Positions 1-12,610 of a stretch of 64,000 nucleotides of DNA are shown piece after piece. The notes below the pieces were generated by a model, which worked only from the letters and a program-made list of their open reading frames with translations, was not told where the DNA came from and did not search any database. Origin of the DNA: Candidatus Aldehydirespiratoraceae bacterium. Lineage in GTDB: Bacteria > Actinomycetota > Acidimicrobiia > Acidimicrobiales > Aldehydirespiratoraceae. How positions within the stretch are numbered: position 1 is the first letter of the stretch; every line of letters begins with the position of its first letter. Where the stretch lies: the NCBI GenBank assembly GCA_965205465.1, contig OZ242187.1, positions 2,902,244 to 2,966,243 of the forward strand. The letters run 5' to 3'. A program made the translations under genes and the position numbers.

Positions 1-1891
1 CGGGCTTGCAGTCCTCGAGCGGGATGGCGTCATAGGAGTTCCAGTCGAACAGTGACGTACCGTCGGGTGTGCGGATCTGGATGGCCGCGTCCAGCACCCG
101 TTGTGACGTGCTGAAGTTCCCGAATGTCAACCCGCTGAGGTCGCGGTCGGCCGGTTCATACGAGAAGAGGACGTAGTTGCCGTTCTCGAGAATCCAGGCG
201 TCGTGGTTGTCCGTTTTCGTCAGGGGTGCAACCGTTCCCACGTTGGCGATGAACTCCAGGTTCTGGTCCAGGATCTGCCAGTGTTGGCCGCCGCCCTTCT
301 TGTTGTAGAAGTAGCGGTACCCGCCTTCGGAGGCCACCCACGCGGCGCGGAAGTACCCGCCTTGCCATTCGGCGTTCTTGCGATGGAACCGCACGGCGCC
401 GTTGGCGTCGACTATGGCAACAGACTGCTCGCCGAACTTGCTGACTCCGAACAGGATGAGGTCCTCGATGACGCCGGTGGCGCCGGAGGCGGTCGTTGCT
501 GTCATGTCGAGCAGGTCACCTGACAGGCACCGCACAAAATATGTGGTAGCTGCGCCGCTGGCGGCGGCGAGCGTGACGCGGACCTCGCTGCCGGCATCCA
601 CGGCGGCTGTGTGGCTCTCGCCGCTTGTGACCTGGGTCCCGTTGATCGACAGCCGCACGCCCGTGCCCGCGGTCGCGGCCAGGGTCATCGTGTCGCTGGT
701 GGCGCAGCCGATGCTGTAATGCAGGGTGCCGGCGTCGAAGGAGGGCCTGAGCGCGTGGCCCGGGTTCGCGGTGGAGTCGGTGGTGGACACGGTCAGCGCA
801 GTCAACCGGTCCGCGGTGACGACTTCTGAGGTGCGCGCGGTGGCGGTGTTGGCGGTGCCGTGACCGTCCTCGTAGGTGGCGGTGACCCGCAGGAAGTGTC
901 CGGTGTCCGCGGCGGTGCTGACACGGCTCGCGGCCGTGTCAGCAAGCGTGACCCATGTGCCGCGGCCCACTGAACGCTCCCACACATAGGCGACGGCGCC
1001 GGTGACGCCGTCGGGATCGGTGAGCGTCGTCGTGAGGGTCTCGCCCAGCCGCGGCTGCGTCGACGACAGTGCCAGCGTGCCCGGCTCCGGTTCGTCGGTG
1101 ACGGTGACCTCCACATCGAGGGTCTGCTGATCGCCGCCGCCCTCGACATGCACGGTCACCTCATAGGTGCCGTCGCTGTCATCGTCGAGCGGGTCGTCGA
1201 AGTCGGGCAGCTGCAGGAACAGGTCGTCGCCGGTGGGCTCGATGCTGAAGCGAAGCGCCCCGCCGGGATCGTCGATGCTGAAACGCGCCGCATCGACACC
1301 CGACAGGCTCCACACCAGCCCGGCGGCGTCAGCGCCAGACGACGCCGAGTAGGTCGCGACACGGCCCGCCCAGTTCTCGGAGTGCTCGACGTCCGCGGGC
1401 CCCGCCAGCGTCGTCAACTCGATGACGTTGGTCACCGTGACCGTCACCGCCGCGGTGTCGGAGTCCGATCCGTCGCTGACGCTCACCGACACCTCATAGA
1501 CCCCGTCAGAATCCGAGTCGTCAGGGTTCTCGAAATCCTTCGCCGCCGCGAACGACAACTCACCGGCATCACTCAGCGTGAAATGGCTCTGATCGGCGCC
1601 GGCGGTGATCGACCACTCCAGATCCCCTGCGTCTGTGTCAGAGTCGTCCGCAGTCAACGTAGCCACCGCGGTCACCCCCTCGGCCACATCGAAAGGACCA
1701 GTGCTCGTGATCTCAGGACCAGCCGCGTTCTGCCCCCACACAGGCGACGCCAACCACAACACCGCGCCCACCAACACCACCACGCCAACCACACCCGCCC
1801 GACGCCCCAGCCCGACCGTCCCAAACGAAGTCAACAACCGCGACGCACTCACACGTGACCCCAAAACCGTCTCCTCCCGAAGCCGCTTCAT
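1..1891 (-). CDS. Secreted cadherin-repeat protein with C-terminal arylsulfotransferase-like propeller region (3' end runs off the window)
   Basis: Not in the ORF track (no stop inside the window). Reverse reading from ATG 1891-1889 stays open to position 1. It starts MKRLREETVLGSRVSASRLLTSFGTVGLGRRAGVVGVVVLVGAVLWLASPVWGQNAAGPEITSTGPFDVAEG (signal/anchor helix). Repeated DFENPDDSDSDGVYEVSVSV..VTVTVTNV cadherin-like units follow, then DNHDAWILENGNYVLFSYEP...FDWNSYDAIPLEDCKP. Confidence 0.7.
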   Translation of the reverse strand, partial: MKRLREETVLGSRVSASRLLTSFGTVGLGRRAGVVGVVVLVGAVLWLASPVWGQNAAGPEITSTGPFDVAEGVTAVATLTADDSDTDAGDLEWSITAGADQSHFTLSDAGELSFAAAKDFENPDDSDSDGVYEVSVSVSDGSDSDTAAVTVTVTNVIELTTLAGPADVEHSENWAGRVATYSASSGADAAGLVWSLSGVDAARFSIDDPGGALRFSIEPTGDDLFLQLPDFDDPLDDDSDGTYEVTVHVEGGGDQQTLDVEVTVTDEPEPGTLALSSTQPRLGETLTTTLTDPDGVTGAVAYVWERSVGRGTWVTLADTAASRVSTAADTGHFLRVTATYEDGHGTANTATARTSEVVTADRLTALTVSTTDSTANPGHALRPSFDAGTLHYSIGCATSDTMTLAATAGTGVRLSINGTQVTSGESHTAAVDAGSEVRVTLAAASGAATTYFVRCLSGDLLDMTATTASGATGVIEDLILFGVSKFGEQSVAIVDANGAVRFHRKNAEWQGGYFRAAWVASEGGYRYFYNKKGGGQHWQILDQNLEFIANVGTVAPLTKTDNHDAWILENGNYVLFSYEPADRDLSGLTFGNFSTSQRVLDAAIQIRTPDGTSLFDWNSYDAIPLEDCKP

Positions 1892-2144
1892 GCCCTTACT
1901 GACCCTACGAACTAGCCGATCAGCATACACACAGCGCTGACACAACACAGACACAACACTGACACACTGCAAACCCTAATCCCCGCCAGTCAGTACCACC
2001 GCCTTGGTGACAGTCCCACATAGCGCCACAGCGGCCGATATTGAGGCTGCGCTCGAGATCATTCCGCCCGCTGTCGAACGCCTTTTGCACCACGGCGGAG
2101 GCTGACGCGGAGCGGATCGACCGCGCTGAACCTACGCTGACAGT

Positions 2145-3224
2145 ATGTCGATGAACGCATCTTCGATCCACGGGCGTGGGGGACCGGTCATGGTCGCGAT
2201 GTCGGGTGGGGTTGATTCGTCGGTTGCGGCCGCGCTGTTAATGGAGGCCGGCCATGAAGTCGTTGGTGTCACCATGAAACTGTGGGGCGGGCCAAGCGAC
2301 ACGGGTTGTTGCGCGGTCTCCGATGTCGATGACGCTCGTCGGGTCGCTGATCGGCTCGGTATAGAACACCATGTCTTCAATTTCGGTGACGACTTCGAAC
2401 GCCGTGTTGTTGCCCCGTATGTGGCGGATCACGCGGCGGGTCGCACCCCGAATCCGTGCATTGAGTGCAATCGACATCTGAAGTTTGATCGGTTGTTGCG
2501 CCGTGCCGACGCACTCGGGTTTTCAACTATTGCTACCGGTCACCATGCCCGTGTTGTTGCCACTGCCGATGGGCCACGGATCGGGCGAGGCGCCGACACG
2601 GCGAAGGATCAGTCCTATGTGCTGCACATGCTCAACGACGCTGTGCTGAGGCGTCTGTTGCTTCCGCTCGGGGGTATGACCAAGACCGAGGTGCGCAGGA
2701 TTGCCGCCGACCTGGGCCTTCGCACCGCTACGAAGCCGGAGAGCCAGGATGTCTGCTTCATCACCAACCAGCATGGTCGTGTGGCGTTTCTCGGTGATCG
2801 GATCGGGCTCAAGCCGGGGGTTGTGGTTGATCGCACGGGTGTCACGGTTGGTCGAGTGGATTCGGTCGAGTTGGTGACAGTCGGTCAACGCAAAGGCTTG
2901 GGCCTCGCTGGGGGCACCGATCCGCATTACGTGATCGACGTGGACCCGTTGTCATCGACGGTCACCGTCGGAACCGCCGAGGATTTGTTGGTTGAGGTGA
3001 CGCCACTTGAGTCGTGGGTTTGGGCAGGTGAAGCCTTCAGCGGCGAGGTGGAGTTGCAGTGCTCGGCTCATGGTCGCCCTGAACTCGGCTCGGTTGTCGA
3101 CGGATTTGTGAGATGGCGTAACGAGCATCGTCGGATCGCCCCCGGTCAAAGCGTCGTTGCCTACCGCGACGACCGAGTGGTCGGTGGCGGCACAGCCGGC
3201 CGCGAAGCAGATGTGCCCGTTTAA
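2145..3224 (+). CDS. mnmA: tRNA 2-thiouridine(34) synthase MnmA
   Basis: PP-loop VMVAMSGGVDSSVAAALL, a conserved ..NPCIECNRHLKF.. motif, and a length typical of MnmA. Confidence 0.9.
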   Translation: MSMNASSIHGRGGPVMVAMSGGVDSSVAAALLMEAGHEVVGVTMKLWGGPSDTGCCAVSDVDDARRVADRLGIEHHVFNFGDDFERRVVAPYVADHAAGRTPNPCIECNRHLKFDRLLRRADALGFSTIATGHHARVVATADGPRIGRGADTAKDQSYVLHMLNDAVLRRLLLPLGGMTKTEVRRIAADLGLRTATKPESQDVCFITNQHGRVAFLGDRIGLKPGVVVDRTGVTVGRVDSVELVTVGQRKGLGLAGGTDPHYVIDVDPLSSTVTVGTAEDLLVEVTPLESWVWAGEAFSGEVELQCSAHGRPELGSVVDGFVRWRNEHRRIAPGQSVVAYRDDRVVGGGTAGREADVPV

Positions 3225-3383
3225 TACGACACTCAATCCCCCCAGCCACCGCCTGACAGGAAAGACCGGGCGCCTCGCTGTCAGTAGACCCCTTGGCGGT
3301 CAAGAACCGAGTCGGCCCATTCAAGGTGCTCACGGTCGATTGGACCTGCGTCTTCCTCCCAGGAAGCAATCATGTCCAGCATG

Positions 3384-5204
3384 TCAGTTCGCAGTGTCTG
3401 GTGTGCCCGCGGGTTCGAGCGGCTTGATGTGAACGGTTACAATATCGAGGTCGTGGTACTGCTGATGAAGTATCTCTGAAGCGTGATGTTGCAGCATCCG
3501 CAGAGAAATATCCCGTTCAAGGGGCAGATTAGTGGCCTGGGAGGCGAGTACCGAGAGCCGATCTTCGAGGTTCTCGTCGCTTGCTGCGGCGACGAATTCA
3601 AGAACGGCCCGCCCGTCCTGTTTGCTGGCGGTCAAGCGCAGCGTGCGTCCGGTGTCGTGGTCGAAGCGGTTGGCTGACTCCTCATCATCGAGCAGCGTGA
3701 GCAGCGTCTCCTCTGCGACCGCGTCCAGACGCTCTTGGGTGGCTGGGCCCCAACCGTTCCGGTCTGCGAACTCGCTGAGGAACTTGCGGATGCGTGGTAA
3801 CTCAGCGACCGACAACTCTGATCGAAAGCGTTTGCGGCGTGAACCGGTGAGTTCGGTGAACAGAGTCAAAGCGATTGCAGTGAGACCGCCGGTAGTCATG
3901 CCGTTCTCCAAGAAACCCCCGGCGAAACCCTCAAGGTATTCGGGGAAGATCTCTCCGCTCTGGAACCCGACCCCGACCCAGAACGAAACGCCTACGATCA
4001 AGCTGCGGCGGTAGTCGCCGGCGTCTTCGATCACCATCCTCATTCCGACCACGAACAAAAGAGCCAACAGCACCGTCAGGTATGCCGCCACAACTGCGTC
4101 GGGGATTGCGAGCACAAGCACCAGCACCTTGGGAATGAAGGCCATCACGACGAACGAGATGCCTATGGCGACACCGACGCGCCGTGCTGCGACACCGGTC
4201 AACTCCGTGATCGAGATACTGGTCGAGTACGTCGTGTTCGGCATCGTGCCGGCAATTCCCGACAGTAAGTTGCCGGTGCCGTCGGCGGCGACAGCGCCCT
4301 GCACGGCTCGATAATCCACGGCGCGGGGCCGACGCCACGAGACTCGCTGGATAGCCACCGAGTCACCAATGGTCTCCACCGCGCCGATAAGCGTCACAAA
4401 AACGAAGGCAGGCAGCAAGCCCCAGAAATCGCCGCCGAAACTGAGGTCGTAGCCGGGCCAGCCGCCGTCGGGCAGGCCGATCCAGGCCGCATCGACCACT
4501 TGGTCGGTGTCGTAGAGCCCGAACAGCGCAGCGACGATCGACCCGGCTGCGATCCCGATGATCGGTGCCCACAAGCGCATGCCGCGGGTAGCCGTGAGCG
4601 CGATGACGATTATCACACCCATGGCAGTGAGCGCACTCGCGGGTGCGCTCCACGACGAACTGCCCTCCGGTGAAGCAGCGACCATGTCGAAAATGAGCGG
4701 CATTACCGTCACCGCGATCAACATGACCACGGTGCCGGCAACCGTTGGAGTAAGCAACCGCCGAAACAGCGACAGCTTTGCCGCCAGCAGAAACTGAAAC
4801 AACGATGAAGCCACGACCAGCGTGGCAAGCAAACCGGGCCCACCCTTTTCGAGTGCGGTCACGCACACCGCTATGAATGCGCCCGATGTGCCCATGAGAA
4901 GCACGTAACCCGAACCAATACGACCGAGCCGCGCCGCCTGAAGGATGGTACTGATGCCGCTGATCGCGGCCGCGGCGAACACCGCCCACGCCAGGTACTC
5001 GTCTGTGCCCCCCGCTGCCCTGACCACTATCGCAGGGGTGAGCACGATCCCTGCGATAGCCAGAATGGCGAACTGCAGACCCAGACCGGCGGTGAGCGCG
5101 ATCGGTGGTTTGTCGTCGGCTTCGTAGCGGATGTTCCGAGGGGAGTTGGATGCTTCTTGCGGCATCGGCTGATTGTAAACGGAGGCTTGATCAGACGGAG
5201 CCAC
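3384..5204 (-). CDS. Nucleobase/xanthine-uracil (NCS2-type) permease with extra soluble C-terminal domain
   Basis: 606-aa ORF with about 12 hydrophobic helices and NCS2-like segments (GTMPNTTYSTSISITELTGVA). A roughly 150-aa charged non-membrane tail follows. Confidence 0.75.
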   Translation of the reverse strand: MAPSDQASVYNQPMPQEASNSPRNIRYEADDKPPIALTAGLGLQFAILAIAGIVLTPAIVVRAAGGTDEYLAWAVFAAAAISGISTILQAARLGRIGSGYVLLMGTSGAFIAVCVTALEKGGPGLLATLVVASSLFQFLLAAKLSLFRRLLTPTVAGTVVMLIAVTVMPLIFDMVAASPEGSSSWSAPASALTAMGVIIVIALTATRGMRLWAPIIGIAAGSIVAALFGLYDTDQVVDAAWIGLPDGGWPGYDLSFGGDFWGLLPAFVFVTLIGAVETIGDSVAIQRVSWRRPRAVDYRAVQGAVAADGTGNLLSGIAGTMPNTTYSTSISITELTGVAARRVGVAIGISFVVMAFIPKVLVLVLAIPDAVVAAYLTVLLALLFVVGMRMVIEDAGDYRRSLIVGVSFWVGVGFQSGEIFPEYLEGFAGGFLENGMTTGGLTAIALTLFTELTGSRRKRFRSELSVAELPRIRKFLSEFADRNGWGPATQERLDAVAEETLLTLLDDEESANRFDHDTGRTLRLTASKQDGRAVLEFVAAASDENLEDRLSVLASQATNLPLERDISLRMLQHHASEILHQQYHDLDIVTVHIKPLEPAGTPDTAN

Positions 5205-5235
5205 CGGCAGGGCTTGTTTGTTCAGGGCTCGCGTG

Positions 5236-6129
5236 TCAGGCGATGTTGATACCCCGCTGCTCTGCGGTGTGCATCACATCGGCCGGACGGGTGGGAGAGA
5301 GCAGCAGGGATCGGACACTGCGGTCGTGAGTCGTTTTTCGCCCAGTAACCAAGGGCAGAGTCGCCGCGGAGTTCAGTTTCAATTCAAGCGCCAGACCGAG
5401 CGCCGACGCGGTGAGATCGGTCGCACTGGTGTCGGCTCTGGCGGGGGCCAGACCGACGATTTGATTGCGGGCAAACAGTACGGGTTCACGTAGGACAGTC
5501 CGATCATTGAGCACCAGACCGTTCGGCACGAATACGATAAAACGGCTGGTGAGCCTATATAGGGCGTTGAAAGCTAGCGCCGCGAGGGCCCCTCCGACGA
5601 TGGTCGCCACCGCGCCCAGAAACCATTGTTGATCGGCCAACAAGATCGGTCCGGTGGTTGAGCCGAGGATCACAATCGCCCATGCGGGTACGACAAGAAC
5701 TACCAACACGGGCCCGGGTGCACGCAAGGCAAAGCGCCGCTCGTCTCCGTAGCTGGCACCGTCGATGAAACTGTCGGCAACTCCCGGGGCCAGCACCGCG
5801 GCAGTAACGCAGAGGCTGCCTGCGATCCCGAGGACTGCGGGGGTCGTTTCCTGCGCTTCGATAGCGGCCCACGCGGCCGCGGGCAGGGTGCCGGCCGCGC
5901 CGATGCGGGCAATAGCGAGAGTCACTGGAAGACGAGCCGCCAACGAGATCAGAATGCCCAACCAAAGAATCCAACTGGCCAAGGTGATGATGTCGCTGAA
6001 GGAGTCAGAAGCATGATCCAACGCTTCGCTTAGCAGTGGCCCCAATAGGAACGGTTGCAAGATCCACAGTCCGGTCGCCAGCCAGCACAATCGCTGTGCG
6101 GAGGTGGCAGCGCGGAGGCGTCGAAGCAC
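5236..6129 (-). CDS. Hypothetical integral membrane protein
   Basis: 297-aa ORF with several hydrophobic helices, then a soluble C-terminal part. No recognisable catalytic motif. Confidence 0.5.
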   Translation of the reverse strand: MLRRLRAATSAQRLCWLATGLWILQPFLLGPLLSEALDHASDSFSDIITLASWILWLGILISLAARLPVTLAIARIGAAGTLPAAAWAAIEAQETTPAVLGIAGSLCVTAAVLAPGVADSFIDGASYGDERRFALRAPGPVLVVLVVPAWAIVILGSTTGPILLADQQWFLGAVATIVGGALAALAFNALYRLTSRFIVFVPNGLVLNDRTVLREPVLFARNQIVGLAPARADTSATDLTASALGLALELKLNSAATLPLVTGRKTTHDRSVRSLLLSPTRPADVMHTAEQRGINIA

Positions 6130-6187
6130 GAATCTACATTAGGCATGTGCCAGCGAGCTTGGCTCGCATGTCGCATGCGATTGCTAG

Positions 6188-8661
<2,474 letters not shown>

Positions 8662-8706
8662 CAGTCGTTTGGACAAGCCGGCCGGTTCCCCGCTAACTCT
8701 TGCGCC

Positions 8707-9351
8707 ATGATCGAAGCAATCTGTTGGGATGTTGGTGGGGTGTTCTCTGCCCGGCCGGTGGACGCCATCGGACGGATCGCGCAACAGCACGGGCTTGATC
8801 CCGACGATGTCTTTGCAGCGGTCTTCGGGCCGTATCACCTAGACAGTGACCACGTTTGGCATCGGCTTGAGCGAGGGGAGTTGCCGCTGGCCGATGCTTG
8901 GGTTGAGGTGGAGCGTGCTGTTGCTGAACTCGGAATCGGGTTGGCTCTGGCGGATTTCTTCCGGCAGTTCCGCACCGACGAAGCCGATCGACAGGTCGTC
9001 ACAGACACCGCGCTTGAACTGCATGCCCAAGGCATCGCCATGGCGGTCGTCACCAACAACGTCGCCGAGTTCTCTGGCGGTGACGGGCCGGGATGGCATT
9101 CGATCGTTCCCATGGAGATCATGAACGTGGTGGTTGACTCGTCGGCAGTCGGGATGCGCAAACCTGGCGCGGCCATTTATCACCATGTTCTTTCCGAGTT
9201 GGGCGTCGCCGCGCCGCGAGCGGTTTTCGTCGATGACATGACCGCCAACGTCGAAGCTGCCCAAAGCATCGGTATGCACGGGGTTGTGGTTGGACCTGAC
9301 CCAGCCCCAGCCATGACCGAACTGAAAGCCTTAGTGAGGCGGCTGGGGTGA
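8707..9351 (+). CDS. HAD-superfamily hydrolase
   Basis: HAD motifs: N-terminal ICWDVGGV (DxG-like), VVTNN, K-P, and FVDDM near the C-terminus. Confidence 0.8.
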   Translation: MIEAICWDVGGVFSARPVDAIGRIAQQHGLDPDDVFAAVFGPYHLDSDHVWHRLERGELPLADAWVEVERAVAELGIGLALADFFRQFRTDEADRQVVTDTALELHAQGIAMAVVTNNVAEFSGGDGPGWHSIVPMEIMNVVVDSSAVGMRKPGAAIYHHVLSELGVAAPRAVFVDDMTANVEAAQSIGMHGVVVGPDPAPAMTELKALVRRLG

Positions 9352-9357
9352 TTCGAC

Positions 9358-9783
9358 TCAGTTAACGGTGAAGACCCACTCGATGTCTGAGAAACGTCCG
9401 GGAACAGAGATCTTCTCGATCGTGACGTTCACGCAGTTTTGGTCTGGGGCGAGCGCTTCTACCGGCAAACCAGACGAAGGCTGATAGATGAACTGCTGAA
9501 GCCCTTCTACTCGGCGGACGTGCTCGGTGACCACAACCGGGCGGGTACAGCGGCCATCGGCAGAAATTGTCATCTCCACGAGGCGATATTCGGGTTCTAG
9601 GTCGATTCCCACGCGCTGCTGTTGCAATACTTCGTCGCCGCGTTCTGGGATCAGACCCTCGACTCCAGGGACCGACAAGGCCGTATCCGGTTGGTTGCCG
9701 CTGTTGACGATCGCCGCCAAAGCAATCAAGGCGATGCCTGAGGCGATCAGGAGTCCGAAAATTATCTGCTGTTTGTGGAGCAC
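9358..9783 (-). CDS. Small membrane-anchored hypothetical protein
   Basis: Only the distal part of ORF 9358..10134 looks coding. A GTG at 9783 gives VLHKQQIIFGLLIASGIALIALAAIVNSG (TM anchor) plus a soluble domain. The upstream part overlaps the kinase gene. Confidence 0.45.
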   Translation of the reverse strand: MLHKQQIIFGLLIASGIALIALAAIVNSGNQPDTALSVPGVEGLIPERGDEVLQQQRVGIDLEPEYRLVEMTISADGRCTRPVVVTEHVRRVEGLQQFIYQPSSGLPVEALAPDQNCVNVTIEKISVPGRFSDIEWVFTVN

Positions 9784-9876
9784 AACTTGAAGTTTGCCAG
9801 ATTGCGAAGCCTGCCAATGGAGCGGGCACCAAAGATAGCCACTGCATCGGTGGTTGCCGAGGGTACTTTGGTGCCG

Positions 9877-11814
9877 ATGATTCCGTTTGACCCCGGCGCA
9901 GATGTCGGTCGTGTGTTGGGTGATCGTTACCGCGTGGTCGCGCCTATCGGCACGGGCGCGTCGGCGCGTGTGTATGTCGCCGATGACGTGGTGCTGCGTC
10001 GGCGGGTGGCTGTGAAGGTCCTTCATGAGGCACTCGCCCAAGACACCGCGTTCTTGCAGCGCTTCCAAGCGGAGGCGCAAGCGGCCGCCTCGCTCAACCA
10101 TCCCAATGTTCTTGGTGTCTACGATTGGGGCCAAGACGAAGTGCCATTTCTTGTCAGCGAGTATTTGGCTGGCGGAAGTCTGCGTTCACTTCTCGACGCG
10201 GTCGGCGTGTTGAGTCCCAGCCAGGGGCTGCTTGTTGCTTTGGAAGTGGCTAAGGGGCTTGACTATGCCCACACACAGGGTCTGGTTCACCGCGATATCA
10301 AGCCTGCAAATCTGTTGTTTGGTTCGGACAGGCGGCTGCGTATCGCCGATTTCGGCTTGGCTCGGGCTTTGGCTGAAGCCGGTTGGACTGAGCCAACGCA
10401 ATCGGTGGTGGGCACGGTGCGCTATGCAGCTCCCGAACAGGCGCGAGGAGAACGCCTGGGCCCCGCCTCCGACATCTATTCGCTGGCATTGGTGATCAAC
10501 GAAGCGGTCAGTGGCGAACTCCCCTTTGTGGCCGACACCACGATCGCCACTCTGATGGCTCGGGCTGAGAACCGACTTGAACCCCATCCGGCACTTGGCC
10601 CGATTCAGGGCATCGTGAGGCGAGCTGGAGCGCTTGACCCCGACCAACGCCCCACGGCCTCCCAATTGGTGACGGAATTGACGATTGCCGCGAATGGAAT
10701 GCCTCGTCCCGACCCGTTACCGCTGCCCCCCTCGTCGTTCAATCTGGACGCCCCGGCAGGTGATCAGACGCAACTCCTGTCTCAGCAGCACGAAACGATA
10801 GAGCGGGACCCGAGTCCGGTTCTTGGAACTGGCCTGGCAGATTCTCCGTTCGGCGCTGTCGCTGACTCCGACTCGAGCCGCTCGACTGCCACGGCGCCCG
10901 ATAACGACGACGGACCCAACCGCCATTGGTTTGCGTTGATTTTGACCTTGCTGGTGGTTGCTGCCGCGGTTGTTGGTGGGGCTGTGCTGTGGCGGGACAG
11001 TCAACCGGTGACCCATGTCGTTCCGGACCTGGTCGGTGCTGATCTGTCTGAGGCGACAGCTGCGGTTGCCGAGTTTGGATGGGTGCTGGAGAGACCCGAC
11101 GAGTTGCGGATGGACGGGACGATCGCCGGTGAGGTTTTAGCCACAGATCCAGAGGCCGGGGTCGACCTGGAAGAGGGCGAGACTCTGCGGATAGTCGTCT
11201 CGCTGGGAGAGGAATTGGTGGAAGTTCCTGACCTGGTGAACCTGACACTCGTCGAAGCACAGGCGCTGCTTGAAGCGAATCGTTTTGAGCTTGGCCAAGT
11301 GGAGTATGTCGCTGACGAAGTCGTCGCACAAGGCATCGTCTTGGATGTCTCCCTCGCCCCAGGCGTCGCCGACCAAGAGCCGGGTACCGCTATCGATTTG
11401 GTTGTTTCGGAGGGGCCGGAGGACCGCTCGGTTCCGTCGATTCCCGTGTCTCGTAGCTCCGAGGAGACCTCCGATTTGTTGCGGAGTCTGCGCTTGGTTC
11501 CGGTGATCGCGACGGATCGCCGACACTCCGAATCGGTCCCTGAAGGACAGGTAATCGCGCTCGTGCCCGCGCCGGGTGGGGTGCTACCGGTCGATTCTGA
11601 GGTTGTGATCGTAATTTCTGATGGCCCTGCGCCCCGTCCGGTGCCCGATGTGCTTGAACTCACCGTGACCGAGGCGACTCAAATCCTTGAGAACGCAGGT
11701 TTCGTCGTGGCTGTGCAGGGTGACGCGGGTTTTCCAGTGTTTGAGACGCTGCCGCGCAGTGGTGAGGTCCGAGAGTTCGGCGCCAGAGTGGTCATTATCA
11801 CCACTGGACTCTGA
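9877..11814 (+). CDS. pknB: Ser/Thr protein kinase with four PASTA repeats (PknB-like)
   Basis: Kinase motifs GTGASARVY..VAVK, HRDIKPANLL, DFGLA and APEQ, followed by a TM helix. Four VPD(L/V)..(L/S)..EA PASTA-like units. Start taken at the in-frame ATG 9877. Confidence 0.85.
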   Translation: MIPFDPGADVGRVLGDRYRVVAPIGTGASARVYVADDVVLRRRVAVKVLHEALAQDTAFLQRFQAEAQAAASLNHPNVLGVYDWGQDEVPFLVSEYLAGGSLRSLLDAVGVLSPSQGLLVALEVAKGLDYAHTQGLVHRDIKPANLLFGSDRRLRIADFGLARALAEAGWTEPTQSVVGTVRYAAPEQARGERLGPASDIYSLALVINEAVSGELPFVADTTIATLMARAENRLEPHPALGPIQGIVRRAGALDPDQRPTASQLVTELTIAANGMPRPDPLPLPPSSFNLDAPAGDQTQLLSQQHETIERDPSPVLGTGLADSPFGAVADSDSSRSTATAPDNDDGPNRHWFALILTLLVVAAAVVGGAVLWRDSQPVTHVVPDLVGADLSEATAAVAEFGWVLERPDELRMDGTIAGEVLATDPEAGVDLEEGETLRIVVSLGEELVEVPDLVNLTLVEAQALLEANRFELGQVEYVADEVVAQGIVLDVSLAPGVADQEPGTAIDLVVSEGPEDRSVPSIPVSRSSEETSDLLRSLRLVPVIATDRRHSESVPEGQVIALVPAPGGVLPVDSEVVIVISDGPAPRPVPDVLELTVTEATQILENAGFVVAVQGDAGFPVFETLPRSGEVREFGARVVIITTGL

Positions 11815-11824
11815 AGCGGTAGGT

Positions 11825-12283
11825 CTAAGGCCGTTGGGTGATCGCGTCGATTTGTTTGATCATCTTGTGGGCTGTCGAACCAAGACCTTCAACTGTTTCG
11901 AGGGACTCGTCTGACGGCAGGATGAAGTCGGCTAGCAGCAGAATTTTCGACGAGTCGCCGGTGAGCTTCACCTGTCCACCCAGCAGTACTGGAACTACCG
12001 TGGCGGGGTCTCGTTCGACGAATATCTCATAGGCCAGTGAGTAGGGCATCTCGATCATGAAATCGGCCTCGCTCAGATGCCCCTCGTCGAACAGCGGCGT
12101 GCCGCTGCTGGTATCGAGATGGCCCAACACGGTTGGCACCTCGAAGGGAGCGTCGACGATTGTGACGTTGGCCCGTACTCCCATGTCAGTTTCTTGCACA
12201 CCGATGTCGAGTTCATCGCGAACCCGTCCGACGGCTCTGGTCCAAGCAGGACTGAGGAACACATGGGCGGCCACCGTTGCCAC
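11825..12283 (-). CDS. SCP2 sterol-binding-domain protein
   Basis: 152 aa with C-terminal GGQVKLTGDSSKILLLADFI, typical of SCP2-type domains. Confidence 0.55.
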   Translation of the reverse strand: MATVAAHVFLSPAWTRAVGRVRDELDIGVQETDMGVRANVTIVDAPFEVPTVLGHLDTSSGTPLFDEGHLSEADFMIEMPYSLAYEIFVERDPATVVPVLLGGQVKLTGDSSKILLLADFILPSDESLETVEGLGSTAHKMIKQIDAITQRP

Positions 12284-12307
12284 GCTAATCCCTTATCCTT
12301 TAGGACC

Positions 12308-12610
12308 GTGGCTGAACGCATTACCCGTGATGAGGTGGTCCATGTAGCCCGCTTGGCGCGCCTTGAATTGGCTGACGACGAGATTGATCGGTTCACGCAG
12401 CAACTCGGCGCGATTTTGGAACATGCTGCTGACGTTGAAGCCCTTGAAGTGGCTGATGTTGAGCCGACTTCGCATCCGTTGCCGCTCAGCAATGTGATGC
12501 GCGCCGATGTGGTCTCGGAGTCATTGGAGCGTGATGAAGTGATGGCTCAGGCGCCGGACGTTCAAGACGGGCAGTTTCGAGTCCCGCCGGTGCTGGGCGA
12601 ACGACCGTGA
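12308..12610 (+). CDS. gatC: Asp/Glu-tRNA amidotransferase subunit C
   Basis: The in-frame GTG at 12308 gives VAERITRDEVVHVARLARLELADDEIDRFTQQLGAILEHA..., a canonical GatC. It overlaps the gatA start. Confidence 0.85.
   Translation: MAERITRDEVVHVARLARLELADDEIDRFTQQLGAILEHAADVEALEVADVEPTSHPLPLSNVMRADVVSESLERDEVMAQAPDVQDGQFRVPPVLGERP

Noticed and set aside
1148-1858. 236-aa plus-strand ORF (with neighbours 203..523, 378..719 and 1605..1940)
   Set aside because: Antisense shadows of the long minus-strand cadherin-repeat gene that runs off the window.
1925-1975. CA-rich low-complexity stretch (GACACAACAC-type motifs) upstream of mnmA
   Set aside because: Short and imperfect, with no clear periodic unit or pairing. 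Probably compositional noise in an intergenic region.
9784-10134. N-terminal 117 codons of ORF 9358..10134
   Set aside because: Overlaps the kinase catalytic-domain coding region on the other strand and is Arg/His-rich. A GTG at 9783 gives a sensible TM-anchored protein instead.
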